A stretch of DNA of 64,000 nucleotides from Myxococcota bacterium. GTDB taxonomy: Bacteria > Myxococcota_A > UBA9160 > SZUA-336. Positions 18,614 to 28,737 of the stretch are shown in pieces. How positions within the stretch are numbered: position 1 is the stretch's first letter; the number at the start of each line of letters is the position of its first letter. A program made the position numbers and the translations under genes. Location of the stretch: positions 352,001-416,000 of the forward strand of contig CBDFGR010000003.1 of the NCBI GenBank assembly GCA_965247115.1, in the 5' to 3' direction. The notes under the pieces were generated by a model. That model was not told where the DNA came from, did no database searches, and saw nothing but the letters and a program-made list of their open reading frames with translations.

Positions 18614-19359
18614 GAGCCGGGCCCCGGTACGGCCGGCTCATCGATCTCGCGCCCGACCAGCATGTCCAGCAGGCGCGGCTCGCCTTCGGGGCCGAACCCA
18701 CAGCTGGCCTCCCAGCGACGCGGGTTCCGGAGCGTACCGAACATGGCGTCGTATAGCGGAAGGTCTCCATAGTTGTACGAGTGCAGCCCGGCCTGGTGGT
18801 GCACACAGTGACTCTCGGGTCGCTGGATCAGAAAACCCAGCCAGTACGGTGTCGGGACGTTCCAGTGGTAGAAGAGCTCGGCCAGACCCGTCATCAACAC
18901 AGCAAGTCCCGCGGCTTCTGCTCCCACACCTACGCCGAGGTAGAGGATCGCGCTCGAAAGGACGCCGTTGGCGAAGATCTCGAAGGGGTGCTTGTAGAAG
19001 CTGGTGATCACCTCGATCCGTTGTGGGCTGTGATGGACCTGGTGGAACCACCGCCACAGGAACGGGACCGAGTGCCGGGCGCGATGCCACCAGTAGTAAA
19101 TGAATGTGATGGCGACGTATCCGACCACCGCGCCGTCGAGCTCGCCCAGTCCGTCCGCGGACCAGGGTCGGTGGCGCAGGAGCCAGCCGTCGTACGAAAC
19201 GCCGGCGAGATACACCGACGCCCCCTGCACTCCGTTCAGCAGCGCAGCGCGAGCCCACCAGCCCGGCACGCGGGGCCATGAGCGCCCCCTGCGCAGTAGC
19301 TCGAAGACCACCATCACCCCGGCAGCCGCGACAACGAAGACCGCTACCCCCATCTGCAC
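18610..19359 (-). CDS. Sterol desaturase/fatty-acid hydroxylase family protein
   Basis: His boxes HRARH, HQVHH, FYHWN, HCVHH, NYG. Confidence 0.92.
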   Translation of the reverse strand: MQMGVAVFVVAAAGVMVVFELLRRGRSWPRVPGWWARAALLNGVQGASVYLAGVSYDGWLLRHRPWSADGLGELDGAVVGYVAITFIYYWWHRARHSVPFLWRWFHQVHHSPQRIEVITSFYKHPFEIFANGVLSSAILYLGVGVGAEAAGLAVLMTGLAELFYHWNVPTPYWLGFLIQRPESHCVHHQAGLHSYNYGDLPLYDAMFGTLRNPRRWEASCGFGPEGEPRLLDMLVGREIDEPAVPGPGS

Positions 19360-19561
19360 CAGAGGCTAGCAAGCGATCGAGTAGCGGCTACTCACGCCGA
19401 ACTTCGGCAGCGCAGCAAGAGGAGGACCCAGACAGCCACCATACCTGAGCGGATCGTCACGCTGATGCCATGGGTGCTTTTCGGCGACGGCGGCACCTGA
19501 TTGGCTTGCCTTGTCCATGGGCTGGCATGCGCGGCTGACCCCGAGGTGGGAGAATGGCGGC

Positions 19562-20950
19562 GTGGCTCAGATACCCGACGTGTTGGTCATCGGCGGTGGA
19601 AATGCCGCACTCTGCGCTGCGATGACCGCGCGCCGCGCCGGCGCCCGAGTGCTGCTGCTCGAGAGCGCCTCCAAGGCCGAACGCGGCGGGAACAGCCGAC
19701 ACACGCGCAACATCCGCTACGCACACGAGCACGCGGGTAACCACCTGACCGGACCCTATGGCGAAGACGAGCTCTGGAACGATCTCCAGCAGGTGACCGG
19801 CGGCGAGACCGATGAAGCGCTGGCTCGCCTCGGGATCCGCGAGTCCCGGGACCTCGGCGCCTGGATGCCCGAGCACGGCGTGCGGTGGCAGGCCCCGCTC
19901 CGCGGTACGCTGCACCTCTCGCGGACCAACGCGTTTTTTCTCGGCGGGGGGAAGGCGCTGATCAACGCCTACTACAACACGGCGCAGAAGCTCGGCGTGG
20001 AGATCGAGTACGGCGCGGAGGTGTGCGAGCTCGAGCTTCGCGACGGGCGCTTTATCGCGGCTCACGTCGCCGGCGATGAGGGCCCTCGCGAGGTCCGAGC
20101 ACGCGCGGTCGTGGCCGCAGCCGGGGGCTTCGAGGCCAACCTGGCGTGGCTTCGGGAGTACTGGGGGGATGCGGCGGCGAACTTCGCGGTCCGGGGCACG
20201 TCCCACAACAAGGGGCGTGTGCTCCGCGCGTTGCTCGACCAGGGCGCCCGACCCGTCGGCAACCCGCGCGAGTTCCACGCGGTGGCCGTCGATGCGCGCG
20301 GACCCGACTTCGACGGCGGCATTGTGACCCGGCTCGACAGCATTCCCTTCGGCATCGTCGTCAACAAGCAGGCACGGCGCTTCTACGACGAGGGCGAGGA
20401 TCTCTGGCCGAAGCGCTACGCGATCTGGGGTGGGCTGATCGCGCGACAGCCCGACCAGCTCGCCTACTCGATCGTGGACGCGAAACAGGCCACCCGCTTC
20501 TTGCCGTCGCTCTTCCCGCCGATCCGCGCCGACTCGCTGGACGAGCTGGCCCGCGCGCTCACGCTGCCGCCCGCCGCCCTGGAGCAGACGGTGCACGAGT
20601 TCAATCGCTGCGTCCGTCCGGGTGCACTCGACCCCACGCAGCTCGACGACTGTCGGACGGAGGGGCTCGACCCGCCGAAGAGCCACTGGGCGGTACCGCT
20701 CGACGCGCCCCCCTTCCTCGCATACCCCCTGCGACCGGGCATCACGTTTACCTACCTTGGAGTCGCGGTAACCGAGCGAGCCCAGGTGGTGATGGACGAC
20801 GGCAGCCCCGCGCAGAACGTCTTTGCCGCTGGCGAGATCATGGCGGGCAACATCCTCGGGCGCGGCTACCTCGCGGGCTTTGGCATGACGATCGGCACCA
20901 CGTTCGGCAGGATTGCCGGGCGGGAGGCGGCGCGCGATGCATGCGCGTGA
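19562..20950 (+). CDS. tcuA: FAD-dependent tricarballylate dehydrogenase TcuA (CobZ-like)
   Basis: GGGNAALCAA, RGGNSRHTRN, LSRTNAFFLGGGKAL, NILGRGYLAGFGM. Confidence 0.92.
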   Translation: MAQIPDVLVIGGGNAALCAAMTARRAGARVLLLESASKAERGGNSRHTRNIRYAHEHAGNHLTGPYGEDELWNDLQQVTGGETDEALARLGIRESRDLGAWMPEHGVRWQAPLRGTLHLSRTNAFFLGGGKALINAYYNTAQKLGVEIEYGAEVCELELRDGRFIAAHVAGDEGPREVRARAVVAAAGGFEANLAWLREYWGDAAANFAVRGTSHNKGRVLRALLDQGARPVGNPREFHAVAVDARGPDFDGGIVTRLDSIPFGIVVNKQARRFYDEGEDLWPKRYAIWGGLIARQPDQLAYSIVDAKQATRFLPSLFPPIRADSLDELARALTLPPAALEQTVHEFNRCVRPGALDPTQLDDCRTEGLDPPKSHWAVPLDAPPFLAYPLRPGITFTYLGVAVTERAQVVMDDGSPAQNVFAAGEIMAGNILGRGYLAGFGMTIGTTFGRIAGREAARDACA

Positions 20951-22043
20951 GCTGCTCGACGACGCGGACCGGCAACTTCGCATCTGCAATGCCTGTCGCT
21001 ACTGCGAGGGATACTGCGCCGTCTTCCCGGCGATGGAGCGGCGCAGGAGCTTCGCAGACGCCGACTTGATCTACCTGGCGAACCTGTGCTTCGAGTGCCG
21101 CGCCTGCCACTACGCATGCCCGTACTCAGCGCCCCACGAGTTCGACGTGAACGTGCCAAGGGTTCTCGCGAAGCTGCGGCTCGAGACCTACCAGCGCTAC
21201 ACATGGCCCGGGCTGCGCGGCGGTGGATCAGGAGTCACGTGGGCCGCGGTTGTCTGCACCGTGGGGCTGCCGCTCCTCGCGCTCGCGGCTCCCGGGCCGA
21301 CGACACTGTTCTCTACACACATCGGAGCGGGCGCGTTCTACGCGGTGGTGCCGTATGCCGTGATGGTCGCGCCCTCGCTCGCAATCCTGCTCTTCGGCGT
21401 GGCGTGTCTCGCCCTGGGGGCGCTCCGCTTCTGGCGCGACACCGGCGCGCGACCGGCGCAGCTGCTCGATGCGCGCGCACTCGTCCACGCGATCCGGGAC
21501 GCTCTGGGCGTGAAGTACCTGCAGGGAGGCGGCGACGGCTGCAGCTATCCCGACGCGCGCTTTTCGCACGCGCGGCGACGACTCCACCACCTGGTGTTCT
21601 ATGGCTTCGGGCTCGCATTCAGCGCCAGCGTTGTGGCAGCCGGCTATCACCACCTGCTGGATTGGGCCGCTCCCTATCCTCTATGGAGCTGGCCGGTCGG
21701 CCTCGGCACGCTGGGCGGCGTCGCAATGGTCGCTGGCGCCTCCGGGCTGCTCTACCTCAAGTGGCGCAGCGACCCGGAGCCGGCTGAGCGGGAGATGGTC
21801 CGGATGGATGTCTCCTTTCTCGTCTTGTTCCTGTGGATCAATCTGACGGGGCTGGCACTGCTGGCCGCTCGAGACACCGCCGCGATGGGAACGCTGCTCG
21901 TCGTACATCTCGGCGCCGTGGCCGGGCTGTTCGTGACCCTGCCCTACGGGAAGCTCGCCCACGTGGCGTATCGCTACGCGGCCCTCGTCCGCAACTCCAT
22001 CGAAGAGTCGGAGAGCGAATCGGAGAATGTGCCCGGGGCTTGA
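20937..22043 (+). CDS. tcuB: Tricarballylate utilization 4Fe-4S membrane protein TcuB
   Basis: CNACRYCEGYCAVFP, CFECRACHYACPY, PYGKLAH. Confidence 0.92.
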   Translation: MHARELLDDADRQLRICNACRYCEGYCAVFPAMERRRSFADADLIYLANLCFECRACHYACPYSAPHEFDVNVPRVLAKLRLETYQRYTWPGLRGGGSGVTWAAVVCTVGLPLLALAAPGPTTLFSTHIGAGAFYAVVPYAVMVAPSLAILLFGVACLALGALRFWRDTGARPAQLLDARALVHAIRDALGVKYLQGGGDGCSYPDARFSHARRRLHHLVFYGFGLAFSASVVAAGYHHLLDWAAPYPLWSWPVGLGTLGGVAMVAGASGLLYLKWRSDPEPAEREMVRMDVSFLVLFLWINLTGLALLAARDTAAMGTLLVVHLGAVAGLFVTLPYGKLAHVAYRYAALVRNSIEESESESENVPGA

Positions 22044-22056
22044 CGAGTAGCTGGTC

Positions 22057-22830
22057 CTACTTCCCGTAGAAGGCGCGCATCAGGTCGATGGTTCGTTCGG
22101 TGCTCTCCGATAGCGTCCAGTGGCCACAATCGGAGAGGACTTCGCAGCTCGCGTTGGGGAGGCGCTTCTCCATCTCGGCCACGCGCTCTGGCGGAGCCAC
22201 CCCGTCCTCGTCACCCGTGACCAGAAGCGTGCGGCATTGGATCTGCTCCAGCTCGGCCGACCGGGCGGCCGCCAGTGCCCTGCAGCTGGCGGCGTAGCCC
22301 CTCGGGTCCTGCCTCATCAGCAACTCGAGCACGAGACCCACCACCACTGGCTTCGTCTCCTTGGTGGCTTTCGAGAGCGCCACATCGGCAATGGTTCGGG
22401 CGATCCCCTCCATGCCGTCGCTCTCGGCGGCCTCTGCGCGCGCACGGAGCGCGTCTCTCGCGGGGTCCGGGGGTTCGGCCAGCGGGCCGAGCAGAACGAG
22501 ATCGCGGACTCGCTGCGGCTGCAACGCAGCGATGTGCTGACACACAATGGTGCCCATCGAGTGCCCGACCAGGTGGGCCCACTCCAGGCCAAGTGCATCC
22601 ATCAACGCAAGCATCGATTCCGCGAGCCCGCCGATCGACAGGCTATCTGCCCCCTCGGAGCCCCCGGATCCCGGAACGTCGGGCACGACGACCTGGAACC
22701 GGTCCGAGAAGCTCGAAACCACGGGGGTCCAGTAGTTGCCCGTGCCTCCAAGACCGTGGACCAGCAGCAGGGGATCTCCCTCTCCCACCACGTCCACGGC
22801 CATGGATCGGTCATTGATCTGTCTACGCAT
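22057..22830 (-). CDS. Alpha/beta hydrolase (enol-lactonase-like)
   Basis: HGLGG, GHSMG, GDED, CGHW. Confidence 0.88.
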   Translation of the reverse strand: MRRQINDRSMAVDVVGEGDPLLLVHGLGGTGNYWTPVVSSFSDRFQVVVPDVPGSGGSEGADSLSIGGLAESMLALMDALGLEWAHLVGHSMGTIVCQHIAALQPQRVRDLVLLGPLAEPPDPARDALRARAEAAESDGMEGIARTIADVALSKATKETKPVVVGLVLELLMRQDPRGYAASCRALAAARSAELEQIQCRTLLVTGDEDGVAPPERVAEMEKRLPNASCEVLSDCGHWTLSESTERTIDLMRAFYGK

Positions 22831-22866
22831 GAAACTTCTCCTGGCGCTGGTGGATCGCGTTCACCG

Positions 22867-24378
22867 CTACAGCGTACGCCAGTCGGCGTCCTGCTCCAAG
22901 GCGTGCGCGGCCCGATAGATCGTCGACTCCTCGTACGCGCGGCCCACGAGCATGAGCCCCACAGGCAATCCCTCACTCATGCCGGACGGGATCGACATTG
23001 CCGGGTGGTGCGATTGATTGAACGGCTGCGTATTCGCTCCGACGGAGAGTGCCGCTCGGACTACCTCACCGACCGGTGCATCCTCAGGCGGAAGGGGCTG
23101 CGCCTTCATCGCCGTAGTCGGAAGGGCCAGGAGATCCAGCTCTTGAAACGCCTTGTCGTACGCGGCGCGGAGCCGCCGCACGAGGTTCATCGCCTTCGCG
23201 TAGTAGCTCCAGCCGTATCTTCGACGCAGGACCTCGGTTGCGATCAACAGCGTCTTCATCGTGGGCGGGAGCTCGTCTGCGCGCTCGCGCCAGCTCCGAT
23301 GGTGCTCGAGGAAGCTCGGGACGAAGACGTCCTGGCGACCGATGCCACACCCGTCGGTGTGGAGGACCCCCACAATGGCCGACTGCATGATGGGTGCGAA
23401 CAGGCTGCGCCCCATCGCATGCTCTGGCACTGATTGCTCTGCCACTTTCGCGCCGAGCTTCTCCAAGCGCGCGACCGCGGCCCGCGTCTTCTCGTCGACG
23501 TCGGGGTCACCGCCCTTCAGGCCGAACCCCTCGCTCAGGACTCCGATGCGCAGGCCCTCCACGCCTCGACCGAGTGCCTCGCTGTAGGTGTCGGTGCGCG
23601 GCGCGACCTGCCGTCCGTCGAGGCCGTCCGCCCCAGCGATGACCTCGAGCAGCAGTGCGTTGTCAGCGACACTGCTCGTGATCGGACCGACGTGGTCGAT
23701 CGTCGGCTCCAGTGAGAGGATCCCCGTATAGGGTACGAGGCCGTGAGTCGCCTTCATGCCGTACGCTCCACAGAACGATGACGGCATGCGGATGGAGCCG
23801 CCCTGATCTCCGCCGATTGCGAGGTCGACCTCGCCAGCGGCGACGAGCGCGGCCGATCCCGACGAGGAGCCGCCCGCCGAGCGAGTCGGGTCGTGGGGAT
23901 TGCGAACAGGGCCCGAGTCGCTCGTGTGGCTGCCACCGGATAGGCAGTACGACTCACAGACCGCCTTGCCGGCGATCGTCCCGCCCGCGTCGAGAATCCG
24001 CCCAACGATGGTCGCGTCGACAGGTGGCACGTATCCCTGAATGAGGCGAGTACCGTTCATCATCGGCACACCCGCCACCATGACGTTGTCCTTGAGCGCG
24101 ACCTCGCGTCCTGCGAGCTTGCCGTCTGCGGCTCCCTCGATGTGCGTCTTCACGTACCAGGCGCCCAGCGGATTATCAGCCGGCTCGGGTCGCTGCCAGG
24201 CTCCCCGCGGGTAGCGGACGGGCGGGAGCTCGTCGGGAAGCGTGTCGAGAACGGCGACCGACCTCACCCACGGCGTGGCGGAATCGCGGAAGGCCTCGGT
24301 CTCTTCTGGTTCCAGATGCAGTCCGAAGTCGCGCGCGATCTCCTCCACCTCGAGCTTGCTGGGGGGTCGAAAAGGCAT
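22867..24378 (-). CDS. Amidase-signature family amidase
   Basis: LKDN, GGSSSGS, GGDQGGSIRMP. Confidence 0.93.
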   Translation of the reverse strand: MPFRPPSKLEVEEIARDFGLHLEPEETEAFRDSATPWVRSVAVLDTLPDELPPVRYPRGAWQRPEPADNPLGAWYVKTHIEGAADGKLAGREVALKDNVMVAGVPMMNGTRLIQGYVPPVDATIVGRILDAGGTIAGKAVCESYCLSGGSHTSDSGPVRNPHDPTRSAGGSSSGSAALVAAGEVDLAIGGDQGGSIRMPSSFCGAYGMKATHGLVPYTGILSLEPTIDHVGPITSSVADNALLLEVIAGADGLDGRQVAPRTDTYSEALGRGVEGLRIGVLSEGFGLKGGDPDVDEKTRAAVARLEKLGAKVAEQSVPEHAMGRSLFAPIMQSAIVGVLHTDGCGIGRQDVFVPSFLEHHRSWRERADELPPTMKTLLIATEVLRRRYGWSYYAKAMNLVRRLRAAYDKAFQELDLLALPTTAMKAQPLPPEDAPVGEVVRAALSVGANTQPFNQSHHPAMSIPSGMSEGLPVGLMLVGRAYEESTIYRAAHALEQDADWRTL

Positions 24379-24439
24379 GAAGTCCTCCTTTCCCCCATCC
24401 TAGTCGGAATCGCGCAGCTTGACTGCTCGACAGCGCGAG

Positions 24440-25327
24440 TCACCTGACCATGTTCTGGATCTCCCCGATCCGCGAGATCGCGATCCGGATCACGTCTCCC
24501 TTCTGCAGGAAACGCGGCGGATCGAAGCCGATACCGACGCCCTCCGGCGTGCCCGTCGCAATGATGTCCCCCGGAAGGAGCGTCATGCAGGCCGATGCCG
24601 CCGCGATGATCTCCGGAATCGAGTAGATCAGATCGCCCGTGTGCGCGTCCTGGCGGAGCTCGCCGTTCACCCAGCAGGAGATCGAGAGATCCTCGGGATC
24701 GAGCTCGTCGGCAGAGACGATCCACGGACCCATCGGGCAGAAGGTGTCGATCGACTTGCCAAGGAACCACTGCTTGTGTTTCGACTGGAGATCCCGCGCC
24801 GTCACATCGTTGATGACCGTGTAACCCCACACATGGTCGTAGGCGTCGTCCGGTCGGATCGCGCGGCCCTCCTTGCCGATGACCACGCCCAGCTCGGCCT
24901 CGTAGTCGACCTCGCTCGTCACGGCCCAGGGGACCTGGATCTCGTCGTGGGGTCCGGACAGCGCGCAAGGGGCCTTTGAGAACAGGATCGGCGCCTGCCG
25001 AGTCGAGTCGGGCGGGCTCTGGCTGGACGAGTCATAGCCGCTGCGCGCGAACTCCACCGCGTGAGCGGCGTAGTTCTTGCCGATGCAGATCACGTTCTTG
25101 CTCGGCTTGCGAATCGGAGAATCGAGGCGAACGGAGCCGAGCGGCACCGCCCCTCCCGTCAGCGCGGCCTGGATCTCGCCAGGGCTCCACGCGAGCAACG
25201 GAATCATCGGATCCGGAACGTTCTCCGGCGCCGCGATTACCCGAAGGACCGGCTCCGCGTCACCGGCCGACTCCTCGACCAGACCGACACGAGCCTCTCC
25301 CTCAAACTGGAACCTGACAAGCTTCAT
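24440..25327 (-). CDS. Fumarylacetoacetate hydrolase family protein
   Basis: CIGKNY, DYEAEL, NDVTARD, GDIIATGTP. Confidence 0.93.
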   Translation of the reverse strand: MKLVRFQFEGEARVGLVEESAGDAEPVLRVIAAPENVPDPMIPLLAWSPGEIQAALTGGAVPLGSVRLDSPIRKPSKNVICIGKNYAAHAVEFARSGYDSSSQSPPDSTRQAPILFSKAPCALSGPHDEIQVPWAVTSEVDYEAELGVVIGKEGRAIRPDDAYDHVWGYTVINDVTARDLQSKHKQWFLGKSIDTFCPMGPWIVSADELDPEDLSISCWVNGELRQDAHTGDLIYSIPEIIAAASACMTLLPGDIIATGTPEGVGIGFDPPRFLQKGDVIRIAISRIGEIQNMVR

Positions 25328-25366
25328 GGGGGTGGCCCGACCCCCCTATCACCGAGAGCTCGCGGG

Positions 25367-25741
25367 CTACTTCTTGATCTCGACCAGGATCTCGTAGAAG
25401 GGCTCCTTTCCGGTGTTGACCGCCCACTCCGTTGCGCCCTTCGGGATGTGGAAGGTGTGGGCTCCAGGAGTGAGATTGAATACGAGGTCGTTGGTGCCAT
25501 CCTGCGAGATGCCGCACACCTTGTCGCCCTGGAGCATGACCAGGTAGTAGTCGTTCTCGTGCGTGTGCAGATCGCAGTTCTCTCCGGGCGCCAGGGTCAT
25601 GTCCCAGACCTTCACGTGGTCGTCCTCGAACAGAACGTTGGTCGCGATCGGGCCGATCTTGTCGTCCTTGTGGTCGATTCGGAACTGATCGAATTGCTTG
25701 CGCTCCTCGATATTGGGTTGCTCGATTTTGATCTCGGTCAA
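25367..25741 (-). CDS. Cupin-domain protein
   Basis: TTG start after AAAGGAG; LFEDDHVKVWDMTLAPGE..HTH. Confidence 0.8.
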   Translation of the reverse strand: MTEIKIEQPNIEERKQFDQFRIDHKDDKIGPIATNVLFEDDHVKVWDMTLAPGENCDLHTHENDYYLVMLQGDKVCGISQDGTNDLVFNLTPGAHTFHIPKGATEWAVNTGKEPFYEILVEIKK

Positions 25742-25853
25742 GGCTCTCTCCTTTGTATCAAGGGTATCCCCATGGGAGTATAGACCTGGTCCCGGGCGGT
25801 ATACTAGACTCTCGGGAGCGGGCACGCGCTCGCCCTGACAAGAGGAGACCACT

Positions 25854-26303
25854 ATGCCCCTTCCGCAAGACATCTCGCCGCTCAACCCGGAGCTCATGGA
25901 CACCATCGTCCGGGCCCCGGAGATGGACTGGGTCCCCCAGGACGACACCGGGACGGCGTTCGTCAAGCTGCTCTGGACCGGCGCCGAGACCGGGAACTGG
26001 TGTGCCCTGTTCAAGTGGGCCAAGGGCTACGTCGCGCCTGCGCACAAGCACCTGAGCGGGGCCCACGTGTACGTGGTCTCCGGGAAGCTCGAGGTCCGAG
26101 ACGCGGTGTTCAACGCCGGGGACTACGTCTACGAGCGCAACGGCATGATTCACGAGACCACCACGGCGCTCGAGGACACCGTATACCTGTTCATCTGCGA
26201 GGGTCCGGTGCTGTTCTACGACGAGAACGGCTTCACGGGCTACCTTGGCTGGGAGGAGCTCGAGCGGCAGGCGCAGGACTACGCGCGAAGCAAGGCTGCG
26301 TAG
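25854..26303 (+). CDS. Cupin (ChrR/DAD-dioxygenase-like)
   Basis: HKH, GDYVYE..GMIH. Confidence 0.85.
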   Translation: MPLPQDISPLNPELMDTIVRAPEMDWVPQDDTGTAFVKLLWTGAETGNWCALFKWAKGYVAPAHKHLSGAHVYVVSGKLEVRDAVFNAGDYVYERNGMIHETTTALEDTVYLFICEGPVLFYDENGFTGYLGWEELERQAQDYARSKAA

Positions 26304-26327
26304 GCGCTACTTCTCGGCCGGAACGCA

Positions 26328-26723
26328 CTACTCCACCAGCTTGATGAACTCCGTGTTCGGCTGGGGTGGCGCGATGATCTCCATGATCTGCAGGTCGTCA
26401 GAATGCTCCACCAGGTCGTGGACGATGCCCGCAGGCATGTTCACGCAGCCGCCCTCTTTCACCGTCACGTCGCCGGTGCCCTCGAAGTAGAACTTGCCCC
26501 ACCCCTTGAGCACGTAGAACATCTGGAACTCCACATCGTGGCGGTGCAGCCCGAGCTTGCCCGGGCACGGCCCGTTCGCTTTGATGATGCGGGCATCCAA
26601 AGCGCCACCGGTGGCCTTGATGAGGCCCAGATCCCGGATCCCGAACTGGCCTCTCGGGTCGAACTCGCCGAACTTCGCGTCGGCAGCGTGGCTGACAGAG
26701 ATCTCGGATTGGCTCAGGTCCAT
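26328..26723 (-). CDS. Cupin-domain protein (paralog of 28738-29133)
   Basis: HRHDVEFQMFYVLKG, MPAGIVH. Confidence 0.87.
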   Translation of the reverse strand: MDLSQSEISVSHAADAKFGEFDPRGQFGIRDLGLIKATGGALDARIIKANGPCPGKLGLHRHDVEFQMFYVLKGWGKFYFEGTGDVTVKEGGCVNMPAGIVHDLVEHSDDLQIMEIIAPPQPNTEFIKLVE

Positions 26724-26791
26724 GTTATCCTCCTCTCGTTTGGCAGCCCATCCTACCATCACCACCGCTCTGTTGCGCCTATTATCGAGCG

Positions 26792-26925
26792 ATGGTCGAC
26801 TGGAAGCGAAAAGAGGTCCGCCTCCCAGCTCTGGGGAGCCGATCAGCCACTACACCGACGCCGTTCGCTTCGGCAACCTGCTGTTCATCTCCGGCATGAT
26901 GGCGCGGACGCAGAGCACCAGGTGA
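26792..26925 (+). pseudogene. Frameshifted, truncated RidA-family fragment
   Basis: MVDWKRKEVRLPAL, then a shift in the CTGGGGAG G-run, then EPISHYTDAVRFGNLLFISG and an early stop. Confidence 0.75.
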
Positions 26926-26938
26926 AAAGGAGAGACCC

Positions 26939-27916
26939 ATGGCAGAAGAACCCCGGTTTCGTCCGCGGCGCTTTGCGCACTCGAACCTGTTCGTCTCTGA
27001 CATGCACCGATCGATGGACTTCTACGGACAGGTCGTGGGACTCGAGGAGTGCTTCCAGGAGCCAGCGATCCACGCCGGCTTCATGAGTAACGGAAACACG
27101 CATCACGACGTCAGTGTGACTCAGGTCTCCGACGAGTCGCTGATCGGTCGCGACGGCCAGCTTCTCGTGCCTCCCGAGTTCGGTCGGAAGCCCGATCTCT
27201 TCCACCTCGCCTTCGAGATGGAGAACGAGGCAGAGCTGGTCGCCGCTCACGACCGCGCAGTCAAGTACGGCGTCACGATCATCATGACGGTCGACCACAG
27301 CTTTGCAAAGAGCGTCTATCTGCTCGACGCAGAGAGGAATATGCTCGAGTTCACGGCCGACTCGACAAAGGACTGGCGGGCGATGTACCGCGAGTACGAG
27401 GGAAAGCTCGTGACGGGGCCTTGGACGCCCGGAGAGAAGGAACCGGCCACCGAGCGCAACTACCCCGCCAATCCGCAGATCCGCCGCATGGAGGGCGTGG
27501 CCGTCCACTCCCTGCGCACGACACACGCCGTCCTCGGCTGCAGCGACCTGGACGAGCAACTCGCCTTCTATCAGGACGTGGCCGGCCTGGATCCGGTGAT
27601 CTACTCGGACCAGTCCCAGGTCGCTGTCCTGAAGGGAACGGCCGCCGACTACTCGCTCGTGCTGTTCCAGGCTGATGCGGAGCGGCGTTCGGGCTATCAC
27701 CACATGGCCTATGAGGTGTCCCCGTCCGACTTTGACGTTGATGTCGAACAGCTCGAGCGCGAGGGATTCGCGATCGAGGCCAGCTTAGACCACCCCGCGA
27801 AGAAGAGCGTCTTCCTTCGCGATCCGGATGGGCTGGGTGTCGAGTTCTACACGCCGCTTGCGGATCTACCGGTGGATGCCGAAGAGCTGCGTCGCTTCTG
27901 GCTCGTCGCTGCCTAG
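26939..27916 (+). CDS. Two-domain VOC protein, catechol 2,3-dioxygenase-like
   Basis: HSNLFV, NGNTHHD, FHLAFE, SVYLLDAERNMLEF; repeated second domain. Confidence 0.85.
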   Translation: MAEEPRFRPRRFAHSNLFVSDMHRSMDFYGQVVGLEECFQEPAIHAGFMSNGNTHHDVSVTQVSDESLIGRDGQLLVPPEFGRKPDLFHLAFEMENEAELVAAHDRAVKYGVTIIMTVDHSFAKSVYLLDAERNMLEFTADSTKDWRAMYREYEGKLVTGPWTPGEKEPATERNYPANPQIRRMEGVAVHSLRTTHAVLGCSDLDEQLAFYQDVAGLDPVIYSDQSQVAVLKGTAADYSLVLFQADAERRSGYHHMAYEVSPSDFDVDVEQLEREGFAIEASLDHPAKKSVFLRDPDGLGVEFYTPLADLPVDAEELRRFWLVAA

Positions 27917-27930
27917 GGGAGGAAGAGGAG

Positions 27931-28683
27931 ATGACCGCGTCCACAACCAAAGTAGCCCTGATCACGGGTGGCGGCACGGGCATCGGACGCGCCATCGCAC
28001 GCGCGCTGCATCGCAAGGAGTACGAGGTGGCAATCCTGGGCCGCCGTCGAGAAAAGCTCGACTCGCCCGAGGGTTTTCATGCCTATGCGTGCGACATCGC
28101 GGATTCGGCCGCGGTCGGCGAGACGGTCGCCAAGCTGCTCTCCGATCTGGGCCGCATCGACGTGCTGGTCAACAACGCGGGCGTCATCCGGAACGGCAAT
28201 CTCGAGGACACGACCGAAGAGGAGATCGAGTACCAAGTGCAGGTCAACGTCATGGGCACGATTCGCATGACGAAGGCCTGTCTGCCCTCGCTCAAAGAGT
28301 CCAAGGGGTCGATCATCAACGTGAGCTCCACCCTGGCCTGGCTCCCCATCCTGGGAACGTCGATCTACTCGGCCACCAAGGGCGCCATGGAGGCGTTCAA
28401 CCGCGCGATGGCGCTGGAGCTCGGCCCATCCGGTGTGCGCGTGAACTGCATCGCTCCCGCCCTGACCCGCACCGACATCTACTTAGCCGACGGAATGGAC
28501 GAGCAGGGCTTCGACAGCATGATGGAGGAGTTCGGGGCCAGGTACCTGCTAGGGCGAGTCGGCGAGCCCGAGGACGTTGCCGAGCTGGCCGCCTTTCTGG
28601 TCTCCAAGCAAGCGGGTTGGATGACCGGCTCGGTGATCCCGGTCGACAGCGGCTACCGGAGTGTGGGTTTCAAACAACAGTAG
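27931..28683 (+). CDS. SDR oxidoreductase
   Basis: TGGGTGIG, NNAG, YSATK. Confidence 0.93.
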   Translation: MTASTTKVALITGGGTGIGRAIARALHRKEYEVAILGRRREKLDSPEGFHAYACDIADSAAVGETVAKLLSDLGRIDVLVNNAGVIRNGNLEDTTEEEIEYQVQVNVMGTIRMTKACLPSLKESKGSIINVSSTLAWLPILGTSIYSATKGAMEAFNRAMALELGPSGVRVNCIAPALTRTDIYLADGMDEQGFDSMMEEFGARYLLGRVGEPEDVAELAAFLVSKQAGWMTGSVIPVDSGYRSVGFKQQ

Positions 28684-28737
28684 CGACCAGCGCGATGCCG
28701 CCAGGTACTCGCCGTTCTACGCTGGGCCTGAGGGGCC

